A program made the translations under genes and the position numbers. 64,000 nt of DNA, taken from the NCBI RefSeq assembly GCF_009914755.1, contig NC_060932.1. One strand, written 5' to 3'. Origin of the DNA: the human T2T-CHM13v2.0 reference genome, Homo sapiens. The notes below the pieces were generated by a model. It saw only the letters and a program-made list of their open reading frames with translations. It ran no database searches and was not told where the DNA came from. Every line of letters starts with the position of its first letter. The first letter of the stretch is position 1. Positions 61,113 to 64,000 of this stretch are shown here, piece after piece.

Positions 61113-61908
61113 AAAATTCAGCCCCAAATGCCAGAAGCTGGTCAAGCACCCTGCACATATTAAAATTCAAGCTAAAACCTGATGCTATCCCTCTTGCCAG
61201 AGACAACAGTGCACCCAGGACTCCAGAAAGCTTCCCTCCAAGAAAGACACAGAAACTCCAGGATGTGTGGTCCTCAGAGCTCATCACATCCTCTGGCAGG
61301 GCCTGAGACTCTGGGAGTGATTTGCACCCGTTCCTAGAAGGGAAAACCAAGGCACGACCATGCAAGGGACTTGTCACGTCAGCCGGAGAGGAAGGGAGCT
61401 CTGAGCTCTGACTCTCAGGTTTATGCCTAAATGACATTTCATATTTGCAGCATCTGTCCATGACTTGCAAATTCCAGAATGCGATAGTCTGGGGCTGTCG
61501 CCAATGAGGAAAAATCACCCATTTTGAAAGTCTAGCTGGAAGTTGCATCAGGGAAAGGTACAAGGAGAAGCAAGTCAAGCAAGCCAGCCTACATGAATCC
61601 ACATCACAGTCGCTCTAAACTCTCAGCACCAGGCACGTTGTCTTAGCTCAGTGGTTGTTCTCCTTCCCCCTGTTCTAGAAGTCATAATTTAATATCAGCC
61701 CAGGCTTTCTGACCTGAGAAGTCATCCTGAGGGTGAGGAGGGGTGGCAGGACAATGCTGGGAAGACATAACATCATGCCAACATCTCAACGAGAATGCAT
61801 GAGTGTCAACTCTAGCCAGCCTCTGCTCACCTCGCATGCAGCCTCCCACAACCACCAGCAAGTTCCTGCATCTTCCTCTCAGAGCCTGCAGCTTTCTTAC
61901 TTTGGCTA

Positions 61909-63463
<1,555 letters not shown>

Positions 63464-63475
63464 AACAGTGGCCTC

Positions 63476-63894
<419 letters not shown>

Positions 63895-64000
63895 TCATCG
63901 AGTCATTGAGGGATGCTCCTGCCTCTAGCTTTGCAGACCTTCGTGACCCTCTCTCTTCTTCACTCATGCGCCCATTAAGCCCTAGCCAGACCTTCTTTGC

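Noticed and set aside
60991-61602. 203-aa ORF with a hydrophobic FYFIL tail
   Set aside because: The tail is the translated (TTTTA)n repeat; no coding evidence

Overview
This is human/great-ape genomic DNA, recognisable as the chr8p21 R3HCC1-LOXL2 locus, with two convergent genes. R3HCC1 (+ strand) is complete: CpG-island promoter at ~2.9-3.4 kb, non-coding exon 1, and 7 coding exons from 3397 to 10970. These splice by GT-AG into a 1323-nt ORF (440 aa) that starts at a CUG in a perfect Kozak context. LOXL2 (- strand) is represented by coding exons 4-14 (56083 down to stop 12916) plus the 3'UTR; all splice phases join. The rest is intronic and transposon-rich: about 20 Alus, MIRs, a 5'-truncated L1PA2/3, THE1 and MLT2 LTRs, a HERV-L gag-pro relic, MADE1, MER33, MER5A and simple repeats. 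I find no evidence for a new gene system, CRISPR array or functional reverse transcriptase. The most interesting signals are regulatory: (i) the R3HCC1 CUG start followed by out-of-frame AUGs forming a 44-codon NMD-prone ORF; (ii) an internal LOXL2 exon-5 donor that removes exactly 72 nt including the RFRK/A processing site; (iii) exon-13 skipping creating a PSAKRRKK NLS-like tail; (iv) a MADE1 with an intact SETMAR-type core near the R3HCC1 promoter; (v) a composite Alu-unique-Alu insertion under one TSD; (vi) a triple-nested L1-in-L1-in-Alu. Repeat subfamily calls and comparisons with known isoforms come from memory of consensus sequences and were not computed.
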